The notes below the pieces were generated by a model, which saw only the letters and a program-made list of their open reading frames with translations, had not been told where the DNA came from and ran no database searches. Position numbers and translations under genes: made by a program. Below are positions 1-10,426 of a stretch of DNA of 64,000 nucleotides, piece by piece (within the stretch, counting starts at the first letter, position 1; every line of letters starts with the position of its first letter). Origin of the DNA: Bryobacterales bacterium (GTDB lineage: Bacteria > Acidobacteriota > Terriglobia > Bryobacterales > UBA6623); the NCBI GenBank assembly GCA_963422375.2, contig OY729428.2, positions 2,272,001-2,336,000 of the forward strand. Reading direction: 5' to 3'.

Positions 1-154
1 GACCTTATTTCTTCATTTACGGTATCCCCTACTGGAACTATTCTACCAAGAAACACCACAGAATGTCAACGGAAAGTCGGAAGAAATATGAAATCTTATA
101 ATGGCTTGATAATTTGCCTACTCGATTCCATCGGCACTCAGATATATAATTCCC
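1..154 (-). mobile_element. Left end of IS1595-family (ISNwi1-like) element, copy A; remainder lies outside the window
   Basis: 131-154 is the reverse complement of the TIR GGGAATTATATATCTGAGTGCCGA; 1-154 closely matches the reverse complement of the left end at 42650-42800. Confidence 0.85.
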
Positions 155-170
155 AAATTTAGAACCGCTG
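155..170 (+). mobile_element. Terminal stub of an ISMae2-like right inverted repeat, directly abutting IS1595 copy A
   Basis: AAATTTAGAACCGCTG is the exact reverse complement of CAGCGGTTCTAAATTT at 1265-1280. Confidence 0.7.
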
Positions 171-202
171 AACTGCGCCCGGACAGGCGCGAATTCGGCC
201 CT

Positions 203-245
203 CCGGGCCTTGCTCCGGTCGCTCCGCTCCCTGCGCAAGGCCCGG
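203..245. repeat. Perfect 11-bp inverted repeat (stem-loop)
   Basis: CCGGGCCTTGC (203-213) pairs with GCAAGGCCCGG (235-245). Confidence 0.6.
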
Positions 246-421
246 CAGCGGCTTGTCCGACGCCGCTGGATCTGCTACTATGGTCCCAGCATCCCAGCCC
301 ACCGCGCCGTACCCTCCTGTCGCACTTCGGAGTTGAATGGGCGAGATGAATACAGCTATCTTGAGTCCTAAACCACCGAAAAATACGCGTAAGCGAAACA
401 GCATCGTTTTCATAATAATAC

Positions 422-830
422 TCACTTAACTACTAACGGATCTCGGAATGATACCCATGCACGAACAGTTGTCTTGTTTGGATATTCGCCAATGACTAAA
501 AAGATGTTGTAATGACCTCTTGGAGGATACCGAAAAGTAGTTGTGAGATCGATATTCCGAAAGGAATGCTCTGGCTCGAGCCTACCGCTATCTGTGAATT
601 GTTGAGCAAAGCTTGCCTCAGCCAGCCAATACCCCTCTGTCCCGACCGGATTGGCACCGTCTGTCACAAATATCTTCGCATAGAGTGTCCCTGTTCGCCG
701 ACGAATTGAGGGATTGTACAATTCATCCATCTCAATTGTGATGGTTCTATTGTTATAGGAGATGCTATATGAACCAATTATTGACAGTTCGGTGATTAAC
801 TGTTCAGAAAATCTCTTGCTGACGAGTGAG
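422..830 (-). pseudogene. C-terminal remnant of an AT-rich gene for a probable beta-sandwich extracellular domain, in frame with a transposase fragment
   Basis: Low-GC segment encoding an alternating beta-strand-like sequence (YSISYNNRTITIEMD...GTLYAKIFVT...YNIFLVIG); its own start is missing. Confidence 0.45.
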
Positions 831-1125
831 CGTGGCAGCCAGTCGCTCGCATGAATTCGGGCGCGGTCCGTGTCCAGCACCTCGTACAAGCATTTGTGGG
901 AACTGAGCTTGCACACCAAGATGTAGTCCATGCCGACGGCTTTGGCGACATCGCAGACCGGCTCGCAGCAGTACAGGTCGTCGCCCAGCAGGATCGGGTC
1001 ACAGTCCGCCAGCGTCGCGCCGTGGGCGGCCAGCCAGCGCTTGGTGGGCTTGTTGCGCCCCGTCAGCCGGTTGGGCAGGGCCGCGGCCGTCTCGCGGAAC
1101 GAGCTCAGGAGAACGCTCGCGATCA
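831..1125 (-). pseudogene. Internally deleted ISMae2-like transposase fragment
   Basis: LLSSFRETAAALPNR and KRWLAAHG...GDDLYCCEPVC...GMDYILVCK match two non-adjacent parts of the 1286-2914 transposase. Confidence 0.75.
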
Positions 1126-1264
1126 GCCTGTTGCGACGCCATCGTCGGTCCGTCGCCTGATCGCCCGAGCAGATGAGTAACGATGGGAGCGGGTTGCATA
1201 GATTCGATTCTTGGTGGCATATCAGTTGACTAAGCTTATGGCATGGTAGCATTTCGTTGCCGGC

Positions 1265-2995
1265 CAGCGGTTCTAAATTTGGCCATCAAGGGGGTGCGTG
1301 AACCTTGTTTCGGAGGATGAGGTGAATAAGTTGACCGAGAGGTTGCGCCCCTGAGGCCGCCCCGCGGGAGCGATCGGACGGCGGGCAGGGCTGTGGCGCG
1401 GCCCGCGTCGCGGGTCCGCCGAGTGCCGAGCCCGCGGCCGGACGCACTCCGGCGGTAGCCGGCTGCGACGGTCGGCCGCTCGCCGGACGCTGCCGGCACG
1501 CAACTGCGCGGAGTCCAGGCCCCGGCTGCCCGGCCGCCTGGCAGCCCGGAGGCGCGCGTCCGTCGCGCACCGCTGCCAGCAGCGTCGGCCAGTCCGGGAA
1601 GCGGAACCAGCGCAGCGCGACCTGCAGCTCCCGGAACAGGGCGCGGCGCGTGACCAGCTGGCGCCGGCACTGCTGCCACAGCGCGCAGACGCACTGCACC
1701 ACGGCGCGGAGCGCGAAGGCGAACAGGTTCGGCACGGCCGGCACGTTGGCCGGCACGTCCTTGCCGTGCCCGAAGTTGCGCTTGCAGTTGCGGCCGTGCC
1801 GCGCCAGGCAGTGGAAGCCCTCGTTCTCGATCTTCCAGCGCGCCCGGCCGGCCCGCGCGATCCGCTCCGCGTTGTCCGCGCTGACCGCGAGACTGGTGAA
1901 GAAGCTGCTGGCGCAGGTGCGCTTGCCGTCGCGCTCCACGGCGTACTCGAGCCAAGTGCCCCGCAGGGCGTCGCGGCCCTGGCGCAGGGGCACCGCGGCC
2001 GTCCGGCGGAAACGGTGCCGCTCGGAGCGCTTGCCCTTCCCGCGCCGCGGCAGCCAGCCGGTCGAGCGCACCGCGCCGCTCGCCCGCCGGCTCTCCGGCA
2101 CCTCGTACAAGTGCCTCTGGGATCGGGGCTTGCATACCCGGATGTAGTCCATGCCGGCCGCCGCGGCGGCCTCGCAGACCGGCTGGCAGCAGTACAGGTC
2201 GTGGCCCGGCAGGACGGGGCGGTAGGCCTGCAGCCAGGCGCCCTGCGCGGCGAGCCAGCGCTTGGCGGCGTTGCGCTCGCAGTCCCGCTTGCGCTCGTCC
2301 TCGCTCATGTCGGCGCGGGTCGCGGCCGCGTCCTGCCGCGGGCACGCGAACTCGGGCATCAGCGGCAGGACGGTGGCGTGGCCGTCGGCCACCGCGGTCG
2401 CCGCGACCATGGTGTGGAAGTGATGCGGCCGGCGCTCGCTGCCGGCGCGCCGCACCGAGCACTGCGGGCAATGCACCTTGTCGGAGCGGTGGAACCGGAC
2501 GCCGTCCGGAGCCGCCGGCAGGCGCTCGTCGAGGCGCTGGAAGGGCTCGAGCGCGCCCTGCGCGGCCACGGTTGCGAGGCACGGCCGGAACGGCGGGTCG
2601 CACGCGGCCGGGTCGAGCTCGTCGAGCAAGTTGCGGATCCGGTTGTCGCAGGGGATGCGGTCCACGCCGAACAGGGTCCGGCAGTTGGAGCGCGAGCCGT
2701 CCCGCTCCATGCGCCGCTGGAACGCGAGGAACGACTCGCACTGCGTGAAGAAGCACGCCAAGGCGCAACCGGCGGCGTCGCTGACCTCGTAGCGCGTGTT
2801 GCTACCCTTGCGCCGGTCGGGCAGGCCGGCGGCTGTTTCGCGAAAGGCGCTCAGCAGCGAGTCTAGGACATGGGGCATACACCCTAGCTCACGAATTCTG
2901 CTAGGAAAAGTCAAGTGCCTGCCTGCGCCAGACTGCCTTCGACACCTTTCTCAGACACTCTGGAAACCCCAAAATGCCCAAATTGAGAATCGCTG
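1265..2995 (-). mobile_element. ISNCY/ISMae2-like insertion sequence, about 1.73 kb
   Basis: TIRs CAGCGGTTCTAAATTTGG (1265) and the reverse complement CAGCGATTCTCAATTTGG (ending 2995); CAG ends; GGC on both flanks is a possible short duplication. Confidence 0.8.
1286..2878 (-). CDS. ISNCY-type DDE transposase, degenerate (many L>P/Y>C changes, extended C-terminus)
   Basis: Motifs LPDRRKGSNTRY, FFTQCESFLAFQRRM, DCERNAAKRW and RARWKIENEGF...NFGHG. Confidence 0.8.
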   Translation of the reverse strand: MPHVLDSLLSAFRETAAGLPDRRKGSNTRYEVSDAAGCALACFFTQCESFLAFQRRMERDGSRSNCRTLFGVDRIPCDNRIRNLLDELDPAACDPPFRPCLATVAAQGALEPFQRLDERLPAAPDGVRFHRSDKVHCPQCSVRRAGSERRPHHFHTMVAATAVADGHATVLPLMPEFACPRQDAAATRADMSEDERKRDCERNAAKRWLAAQGAWLQAYRPVLPGHDLYCCQPVCEAAAAAGMDYIRVCKPRSQRHLYEVPESRRASGAVRSTGWLPRRGKGKRSERHRFRRTAAVPLRQGRDALRGTWLEYAVERDGKRTCASSFFTSLAVSADNAERIARAGRARWKIENEGFHCLARHGRNCKRNFGHGKDVPANVPAVPNLFAFALRAVVQCVCALWQQCRRQLVTRRALFRELQVALRWFRFPDWPTLLAAVRDGRAPPGCQAAGQPGPGLRAVACRQRPASGRPSQPATAGVRPAAGSALGGPATRAAPQPCPPSDRSRGAASGAQPLGQLIHLILRNKVHAPP

Positions 2996-3228
2996 GGCCA
3001 TGCCCGAGCGGCACCCATCCATCCTAGGTCGCCCGGCGGCGAGCATCGAGCGCTGCGGAGAACGCCCACTCACAGCAGGCATCAAGGCAGCCTGCGCAGG
3101 TGTTCTCCATGGCCGTGCCACCGCGAGTCCGAGCAGTTTATTGCGCGCCCTCCTTCCTCCTAACCACCAAGACGCAGGCGGAGCCCCGTCAAGCGCACGG
3201 ATTCTCGGGGCTAGGCATTGCCCCGGAA

Positions 3229-4668
3229 TCAGTCCCCTAGACCGGCGGCGAATTCCTTGCGCTTCGATCGCAGCGCCAGGTACTCGCGCGCCTCCTTCGC
3301 AAGGCGCTTTCGCTCCTTGCCATCGAAGAGCGCATTTCGCACGATCCTCCAAGCGGCCCGCGGCCGGAAGTAGTACTCGTCGTAGAAACGCTCCACCCAC
3401 TGCAAGATCTGCTTCTGGTCGAGTTTCTCGTAGCGCACATTCGGCAGCTGGTGGCCCGACTCGTCCGTCATCGGGTCCGAGGCGAGCCAGCCGCCGGCGA
3501 GCGCCTGGCTGAAGAACGAGGTGCCCGGGTAGGGGTGGGCCACGGAGACCTGTATCGTCTCGGTGTCGAGGCGCTTGGCGAATTCCAGCGAGCGCCGGAG
3601 CGTCTCGGGAGTCTCGCCCGGCAGCCCGACGATGAAGTCCCCGTGTATCTTGAGGCCGGCCCTGTGGGCGTCGCGCGTGAAGCGGATGGCTCGGTCCACG
3701 GTCGCCCCTTTCTTGATGTTCCTGAGAATCTGGGGATCCCCCGACTCGTACCCGACGATGAGGAGGCGGCAGCCCGCGCCGCGCATCGCCTTGAGCGTCT
3801 CGTAGTCGACGTTGACGCGCGAGGTGCAGGACCACGTGCAGCCGAGGGGCTTGAGCTTGGCGCACAGTTCCAGCACCCGGTCCTTGCGGATGTTGAAGGT
3901 GTCGTCGTCGAAGAAGATTTCCTTGACTTCCGGAAAGCTCTCCAGCGTCCAGCGCACCTCAGCGACGACGTCATCGGTCGAGCGCGTCCGCCACCTGTGA
4001 CCCGAAATCGTCTGAGGCCACAGGCAGAATGTGCAGAGCGCCGGGCAGCCTCGCGAGGTGTAGAAGGCCACATAGGGATGCTTGAGGAACGGGACGTTGT
4101 ACCGCTCCGGTTCAAGGCACCGCTTGTAAACGGGCGTGACCCAAGGCAGCGCGTCCAAGTCTGCGATTTGGGGCACGTCCGGGTTGTGGGCGATGTCGCC
4201 TGCGGCCGTCCGGTGGCTGACGCCGCCCAGTTCGCCAAACGGCTTGCCGTTGGCGAAGTCGACCGTCTGGTAGTCGAACTCCTTGCGAACGACGAAGTCG
4301 ATCGCGGTGCAGGCCTCGAGGCTCTCGTCCGGACGCTCCCCAACATGCGGCCCGACGAAGCAAATCACGAGGTCGCGATTGGCCGCCTTCATCGACTCCG
4401 CCAGCGCGCAGTCGTTGGCGAATCCGGGTGTGGAGGTGAACAGCACTAGGAACTCGAAGTCACCCGCCATGGAAGTCACGTCATCGGGCGTGACCCTGTG
4501 CGGAGGGGCGTCGACCACCACGCTGTCGGGCAGCATGCCCGCCGGATAGCAGAGCCAGACGGGATACCAGTAGGACTCGATCTCGCGGGTGGCGGGCCAG
4601 CGCGAGCTGGCCCCGCCGTCGAAATTCTCGTACGACGGCGGATTTAGGAAGAGCGTTCGTTTCGGCAT
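3229..4668 (-). CDS. hpnJ: Hopanoid biosynthesis-associated B12-dependent radical SAM protein HpnJ
   Basis: Characteristic N-terminus LFLNPPSYENFDGGASSRWPATREIESYWYPVWL; CxxxCxxC motif CPALCTFC; 479 aa. Confidence 0.93.
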   Translation of the reverse strand: MPKRTLFLNPPSYENFDGGASSRWPATREIESYWYPVWLCYPAGMLPDSVVVDAPPHRVTPDDVTSMAGDFEFLVLFTSTPGFANDCALAESMKAANRDLVICFVGPHVGERPDESLEACTAIDFVVRKEFDYQTVDFANGKPFGELGGVSHRTAAGDIAHNPDVPQIADLDALPWVTPVYKRCLEPERYNVPFLKHPYVAFYTSRGCPALCTFCLWPQTISGHRWRTRSTDDVVAEVRWTLESFPEVKEIFFDDDTFNIRKDRVLELCAKLKPLGCTWSCTSRVNVDYETLKAMRGAGCRLLIVGYESGDPQILRNIKKGATVDRAIRFTRDAHRAGLKIHGDFIVGLPGETPETLRRSLEFAKRLDTETIQVSVAHPYPGTSFFSQALAGGWLASDPMTDESGHQLPNVRYEKLDQKQILQWVERFYDEYYFRPRAAWRIVRNALFDGKERKRLAKEAREYLALRSKRKEFAAGLGD

Positions 4669-4979
4669 GCCAGTGCCAGCCTGCGGAGCGGACGGGATCG
4701 AGCAGCCCCCGGCAATATCCCACTGTAACCCGAGCTATGCAGGTGGCTTGCCTTGCGCCGAAAACGGGCGGGGCGACCAGCACTCCTTCGTCGGATGTGC
4801 CGTTCAGTGCTGCAAGTGATTCCGCTTGTTCGACCGCGTCGAGTAGGCGAATCGTCTAGGGGCGACTTGAAGTCCGCTGAGCCCGGCGTGCCGGGTCCTT
4901 GAGAAGCTCCAGTGCCGGAAGCGCGGACGCGCGGCTTGCCGCAACTGCTTGCGGCTTTGGTGCGGGACTCCGGAATCCG

Positions 4980-5335
4980 ATGACGTGTTACCTCATTCCT
5001 TGGCCTCATCCTGCATTAGTCTTTGCCAAAGAGGAACAAGCCGAACTCTCGTCTGCGTTTGATAATCTACTTCCGCAATTGAATAATCCAAAACCGAAAT
5101 CCATCCACAAAAGGCCGAAAAATTACCGAAATTCCTAATTAGAAAATGAAGGATTATTCCGGAAATAATAGGAGCATTAGAGCCGAGAAAACCAAGACAA
5201 AAACAGAAGATATACAATTGATAATTCCCAGTATATCGTCGAGTATTTCTCTGTATTATTTCTCAGAAACTTGGGTTGATTAATCAATACAAGTAGCTCA
5301 GAAACATTCTGCGCTAGACCTTCCTACTTCAAATT
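4980..5335. other. AT-rich island, probable foreign or degraded gene/IS remnant
   Basis: Sharp GC drop; only short ORFs; ATAATTCCC at 5221-5229 resembles an IS1595 terminus. Confidence 0.35.
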
Positions 5336-6219
5336 CAGAACCTGTCAATCGCCTTGAGAATACTCGTTGAAAACTTCCCTGCTCCAGCGTTTTGAGTCGG
5401 GACCATCGGATCCGGTTCGCCTCGCATGATCGCCATCATGCGGACCTCCACCTTGACAGGCTGGATGAGGGCGGATCCGGACCGCTGATTCGCTCCTGCC
5501 CCGATCCTCCACATCAACGCCCCTACGACGTAGATGTCCGTCCACGGCCCGAGCCTTCCATCACCTACCTGCTCGGGTGCAACGAGACCCTCGGTGTAGG
5601 GCGCGAAGGACCTTGTCCGGTCTGCAACCGCTTGCTTCGCCGCGCCGAAGTCAATCAGAACCGGCCGGTCCGCTTCCCGTGCCCCGGTTCGCCGAATCAG
5701 AATGTTGCTCGGCTTGATGTCGCGGTGCGGGACTCCCGCGGCATGGACCCGCTTGAGTGCGGCAAGAAGCGGAAGCACGACTGCGAGCATCTCACGCTGG
5801 TCGAACGGTGCGCCGGACGATTCGCGCCTCGCGAGCAACGCCCCGAGAGAATGTCCGTCCACGTAGTCCATCACGATGTACGCCGTGCCGTTCTCGCGAA
5901 AAACGTCGCGGCAAATCACGATGTTCGAAACGTCCCTGAAGTCCATCAGTCGCTTGGATTCTTCAAGGAATCGGCGCAATCCGTCGCCGAAATCGCTCCT
6001 TAGATTGGCGCTCCGTGGAGGCACCGAGTCGCCATCGCGAACGGCAAGGTCGCTCGGGAGCTACTCCTTGATCGCGACGCTGAAGCCGAGATCCCCATGG
6101 CGTGCCTCGTGAACGATCCCGAAGCCGCCCCGCCCGAAATGTCCCTGAACCACGCATGGTCCGTGCTGAAGCGGGGCTCTCACGGGAAGCGCAGCGCGTT
6201 CCCTGTTCTCTCCGGGCAT
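5335..6219 (-). pseudogene. Hanks-type Ser/Thr protein kinase pseudogene
   Basis: GRGGFGIV, VAIKE followed by an in-frame TAG at 6061-6063 (where KEY is expected), then HRDIKPSN, DFG, APEQ and DIY; truncated at the AT-rich island. Confidence 0.85.
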
Positions 6220-6351
6220 CGAAAGAGGCCTACCTTCTGGAGAGGTCCCCACCGAATCTCTCACGTACGGGCTGACCGCATAGGTGTCCGCAGATCACGT
6301 AGGCCGTCGCCATTTTGCGCTCTTCGATCGCGCCGGCTGCGGCCGGAGGGG

Positions 6352-7296
6352 TCACGCCTTCGGGTGCGCCGCGTCGTATACCTTCATCAGCTGCTCCATC
6401 GAGAGCTGCGTGTATTTCTGGGTGGTGGACAGGCTCGCGTGGCCCAGCAGCTCTTGGATCGCCCTCAGGTCCGCCCCTTCGGACAGCAGATGCGTTGCGA
6501 AGGCGTGTCGCAGCGAATGCGGATGCAGCGACGGGTCGCCGATGACCGCCTTGGCGTGTTTCTTCAGGATCAGGCCCACGCTGCGCCCGGTCAGGCGTCG
6601 CAGCTGCCCGCCCCATCGGTGGAGGAAAAGCGCCCTCATGCTCGCGGGGGGCTCGAGTTTCGCCCTTGCCTCCAGGTAGCGGTCCAGCGCCTCCGAGGCC
6701 CGAGAGCCGAAGGGCACCTGTCGCTCCTTGCGACCCTTCCCGCGAACCCGGATCCAACGATCGCTTCTGTCTAGGTCGTTCACGTCGAGACCGACCAGCT
6801 CGCTCACCCGCAGCCCAGCACCGTAAAGCAGCTCGAATATAACGCGGTCGCGCAAGATCTTGTCTGGAAAGCGGTCGTCCTCGCCGGTGCATGCGACTTG
6901 GTCCACCAGCTGGTTGGCCTCCTCCGGATTCATGACCGCCGGCAGCTTCTTCGGGATTCTCGGAGTAGCGACGCTGCGGGCGGGATTTCGCGCCAGACCC
7001 TCCTCACGGACTAGGTAGTCGAAGAACACGCGCAGGGCGGACAGCCTACGGGCCAGCGTCGCCGTGGTCAGGCCGCGATTCCGGTCCTGAGCCATGAACT
7101 CGCGGACGGTGAGACGAGTGATCTCGTCGACGCTCGGGGTCGGCCCTCCCGCCTTCGCGACGTGCTCGGCGAAGAGAGCGAGATCCTTCCCGTAGTTGCG
7201 AATGGTGTTGCCGGAGGCGTTGCGCAGCCGCAGGGAGTCTAGGAACCGCCCCGCGGCGGCCTGCACGTTCCGGTCAGGCTGCCGCTCGGTCGGCAT
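6352..7296 (-). CDS. xerC: Tyrosine recombinase XerC
   Basis: LYGAGLRVSEL, GKGRKER, HPHSLRHAFATHLL and LLGHASLSTTQKYT; follows trmFO; start placed at ATG 7296. Confidence 0.88.
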   Translation of the reverse strand: MPTERQPDRNVQAAAGRFLDSLRLRNASGNTIRNYGKDLALFAEHVAKAGGPTPSVDEITRLTVREFMAQDRNRGLTTATLARRLSALRVFFDYLVREEGLARNPARSVATPRIPKKLPAVMNPEEANQLVDQVACTGEDDRFPDKILRDRVIFELLYGAGLRVSELVGLDVNDLDRSDRWIRVRGKGRKERQVPFGSRASEALDRYLEARAKLEPPASMRALFLHRWGGQLRRLTGRSVGLILKKHAKAVIGDPSLHPHSLRHAFATHLLSEGADLRAIQELLGHASLSTTQKYTQLSMEQLMKVYDAAHPKA

Positions 7297-8626
7297 GCAG
7301 AAACCCGTCGAGCGCTTCGAGGCCGAGCTCGCACTGCCTAGCCCGCCGCTCACGCTTTCGCCGCTTGAACTGCCTTCGCAACTCCTCGGAAGCCGGCGGC
7401 AACAGGTCGAACGTAATGTTGGCCGGCTGGTAGTTGGCAGGGCTCGCACTCGAGATGTAGTGGCACAGCGAGCCGTGGGCCGTCTCGCGAGGCCAGACTC
7501 GAGGGGACTTCGAGCGCGCCAGCAGCGCCGCGTTCCAGCCCGCGACCAAGCCAGTCGCCATGGACTCCACGTAGCCCTCGACACCCGAGACTTGCCCGGC
7601 GAACAGCACGTTGGGGTGCTGCTTCCACTGCAGAGTCGGCAGCAGCAGAGCCGGGGCATTGATATACGTGTTGCGGTGAATCTGCCCGTATCGCAGGAAC
7701 TCGGCCCGCTCCAAGCTCGGAATCATGCGCAGCAGCCGCTTCTGATCGCCGTACCTGAGGTGGTTCTGGAAGCCCACGAGGTTGTACGATTCGGCCCTCG
7801 CGTCTTCCTGGCGAAGCTGCACGACCGCGTAGGCAGATGCGCCAGTACGCGGATCCCGCAAGCCGACTGGCTTCATGGGACCGAACCGCAGGGTGTCGCG
7901 GCCCCGGCGGGCCAGCTCCTCGATCGGCAGGCAGCCCTCGAAGTAGTTGGGGTTGTCGAAGTCCGGCGAGAGGTGCTGCTCGGCCGCGAGCAGCGCGTCC
8001 AAGAAGCGGTCGTACCGCTCGCGCGTGAACGGACAGTTGACGTAGTCCGCGCCTCCGTCCAAAGAGTGGCCGTACCGGGACGCTCGATACGCAACCGACA
8101 TGTCGATGGAGTCCGCATCGACGATCGGGCTGATGGCGTCGTGGAAGTACAGCCGGTCGCTGCCCGTCCGCCGGGCGATCGCCTCGGCCAGGGAGTCGCT
8201 CGTCAGCGGACCGCTCGCCACGATCCAGATCTCGTCCGTTCCGGCAGGCAGGTCGGTGATCTCGCCGCGCTCGACTCGAATCAAGGGTTCCGACTCGATA
8301 GCGGCGGTCAGTCCTCGAGCGAAAACGGCGCGGTCGACCGTGAGCGCGGTACCGCCCGGGATCCTCGCCTCCGCCGCGACCCGCATGGAAACGGAGCCCA
8401 TCCTGCGCAGCTCTTCCTTGAGGAGCCACGGCGCGCTGCCGCGCGTCTCGGTCTTGAGCGAGTTGCTGCAAACGAGCTCGCCCAGATCGTCGGTCCGATG
8501 GGCCGGCGTCCGCCGGCCCGGGCGCATCTCGTGGAGTACGACCGGAAGGCCGCACCGAGCGACCTGCGCGGCGGCTTCAGGGCCGGCTAGGCCCGCACCG
8601 ATCACGTGAATGGGCTTCCGTGCCAC
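7274..8626 (-). CDS. trmFO: Folate-dependent tRNA (uracil-54)-methyltransferase TrmFO/Gid
   Basis: VIGAGLAGPEAA, ELVCSNSL, YFEGCLPIE, FGPMKPVGL, HRNTYIN and GVEGYVES. Confidence 0.95.
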   Translation of the reverse strand: MARKPIHVIGAGLAGPEAAAQVARCGLPVVLHEMRPGRRTPAHRTDDLGELVCSNSLKTETRGSAPWLLKEELRRMGSVSMRVAAEARIPGGTALTVDRAVFARGLTAAIESEPLIRVERGEITDLPAGTDEIWIVASGPLTSDSLAEAIARRTGSDRLYFHDAISPIVDADSIDMSVAYRASRYGHSLDGGADYVNCPFTRERYDRFLDALLAAEQHLSPDFDNPNYFEGCLPIEELARRGRDTLRFGPMKPVGLRDPRTGASAYAVVQLRQEDARAESYNLVGFQNHLRYGDQKRLLRMIPSLERAEFLRYGQIHRNTYINAPALLLPTLQWKQHPNVLFAGQVSGVEGYVESMATGLVAGWNAALLARSKSPRVWPRETAHGSLCHYISSASPANYQPANITFDLLPPASEELRRQFKRRKRERRARQCELGLEALDGFLHADRAAA

Positions 8627-8795
8627 TTGTGCGCAGGTGAGTCCGGCCCGGTCGCGCGGGAACCATCTCCCGCTAGAACATTCTAGCGAGCGCCGGTTTC
8701 CTCTGGCCAGGAATTCCCGGGCGACTCGGGCCGCGACGTTGCGCGGTCAGCTGCAGGAAGGCGCTGGCGCGTCCGGCGCACAGTCATCGGCCGAG

Positions 8796-9017
8796 CTAAG
8801 ACGCCTTGCTGGCTTCCTTTTGCTCGGTCGGCTGCTCGGGCTCGTCCTCGCCCTTGAGGGACGACTTGAACTGGCGGATGCCGTCGCCGAGGCCTCGTCC
8901 GAGCTCGGGAATCTTCTTGCCTCCGAAGATCACGAGCGCGATCAGGAGGACGACAAGCAGCTCCTGCATGCTGAACGGGCCGAAGATGAGGGCCGCGAAC
9001 GGTTCGAAGGGTGCCAT
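8796..9017 (-). CDS. tatA: Twin-arginine translocase TatA/TatE subunit
   Basis: ELLVVLLIALVIFGGKKIPELGRGLGDGIRQFK. Confidence 0.92.
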   Translation of the reverse strand: MAPFEPFAALIFGPFSMQELLVVLLIALVIFGGKKIPELGRGLGDGIRQFKSSLKGEDEPEQPTEQKEASKAS

Positions 9018-9222
9018 CACTCTGTACCTACATTCTAGTACTCCGACAGCCGCGCCGTCAAGGCCGATTGCCCCAGCGCGTGCTGCGATGAGGCAGCGGA
9101 GCCGTTCAGCGAGCTGGCGCCACTGCTATACAGGTCGCGACTTGGTCAGAGCTCCCTGCTGGCAGCGGCGGGCTGCAGCGACCGCGGGAACCGCCAGCCG
9201 CGTCACCGCCCGCGACGGGCGG

Positions 9223-10311
9223 TTAGCCCATCCCGCCGGTGTACGGGCGCAGATCGTCCAAGCCCATGCCGGAGCTGAATCGAGACAATTCGGCGGCGTC
9301 GGCGCGGCACAGAAACAGCGAGTACTCGACACGCACCGACGACCGCGCCGGCACCCATCCGATCGTCCGCTCGCCGAAGAGCCTCCCTCGGTCGATCGCT
9401 TCGCGACGCGTCTCCGGGTACGGCGAGACGCCGAATTCCATCCCCCGAGTGAGCGTCCGGCCGTTCCAAGGGGCGTGCGACCGGGAGTGGTTCTCCTCCC
9501 AGATCCCGAGCCAAGGGAAGTCCGCCCGCCGCCACACGTACCCGAACAGCGTCTCCGTGCCGGGCTGGTAGGTCGCGAAAAAGGCCTCGTCGAGACTCGG
9601 ATCCATCAGGTGGGCCGTGTAAGCGCCCGAAGCATCGCTAGCGACCGTGCGGCGCATGTCGTCCGTACCTCCCGCGGCTAGCGGAGCCATCGGCCAGTCG
9701 AACTCGGCCCCCGCGACGAAGCGGTCGGCGCCGGGGGCGAACTCGGCTTCCATCACCTTGGACCGGGTGGCCGAAATCTCGAACAGCGTCCGCCCCTTCT
9801 CCAAGAACGGCGGCCCGAGGGTCGCGTGCTGCGTCCAGCCCACGGGGCGGTCGATGCCCGTCAGGTTGGTCGCCGCTTCAGTGATCGCGACGCGGCCGCG
9901 GCCGGTCGGCAGCTCTAGGCGCCGCTCCACCTGCATGCCGGCCAAGGGAAGGTCGGCCCTCGCCTCCAGCCAGCCGTCGCCCGCCTCGACCTCCCAGTCG
10001 ACAGACGATGCCTCGCCATGCACTCCTAGGCCGGCCGCCGCTTCCTCGTCGGACGGCACGCCGAATATGTCGAAGCAGAGATTGTGGCCGGCGATGCCGG
10101 CCAGCAGGCGCCCGTCCACGCCCTGCCCGAACTGCGGGTGTGCGACGGGATCGTACGCCGACGGGTCGACGGTATCCCACGGGGGATCCCACAGCGCGTT
10201 GACGCCGTTCTCCTTCAGTTCGACCGCTGCGATGTGCCCGCCGCCCGGAAGCAGCGTGAGCCGGATGATCTCGTTCTCGAGATGGACTTGGCGTCGGTTC
10301 GCGATACCCAT
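9223..10311 (-). CDS. Galactose mutarotase-like fold protein (aldose epimerase superfamily)
   Basis: LENEIIRLTLLPGGGHIA, HGEAS, WTQHATLGPPFL and WLGIWEE; beta-rich 362-aa ORF. Confidence 0.6.
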   Translation of the reverse strand: MGIANRRQVHLENEIIRLTLLPGGGHIAAVELKENGVNALWDPPWDTVDPSAYDPVAHPQFGQGVDGRLLAGIAGHNLCFDIFGVPSDEEAAAGLGVHGEASSVDWEVEAGDGWLEARADLPLAGMQVERRLELPTGRGRVAITEAATNLTGIDRPVGWTQHATLGPPFLEKGRTLFEISATRSKVMEAEFAPGADRFVAGAEFDWPMAPLAAGGTDDMRRTVASDASGAYTAHLMDPSLDEAFFATYQPGTETLFGYVWRRADFPWLGIWEENHSRSHAPWNGRTLTRGMEFGVSPYPETRREAIDRGRLFGERTIGWVPARSSVRVEYSLFLCRADAAELSRFSSGMGLDDLRPYTGGMG

Positions 10312-10426
10312 GGCGCGACTCGGAAGCGCCCAAGAGTAGCACGCGCGGCGCCGCGGCCAGGGGCGGACGCGCTTGCGGTAGCGCTGCTGCGGAGAATGGC
10401 CCCGGCCTGAGTCGGCCGCTAAGCCC

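Noticed and set aside
4845..4900. GGACTTCAAGT on the minus strand, resembling a tRNA-Sec anticodon arm
   Set aside because: No acceptor stem, T-loop (GTTCGA) or CCA end in the right positions.
6352..7296. Tyrosine recombinase as a prophage or integron integrase
   Set aside because: Size, motifs and position after trmFO fit housekeeping XerC; no att sites or cassettes were recognised.
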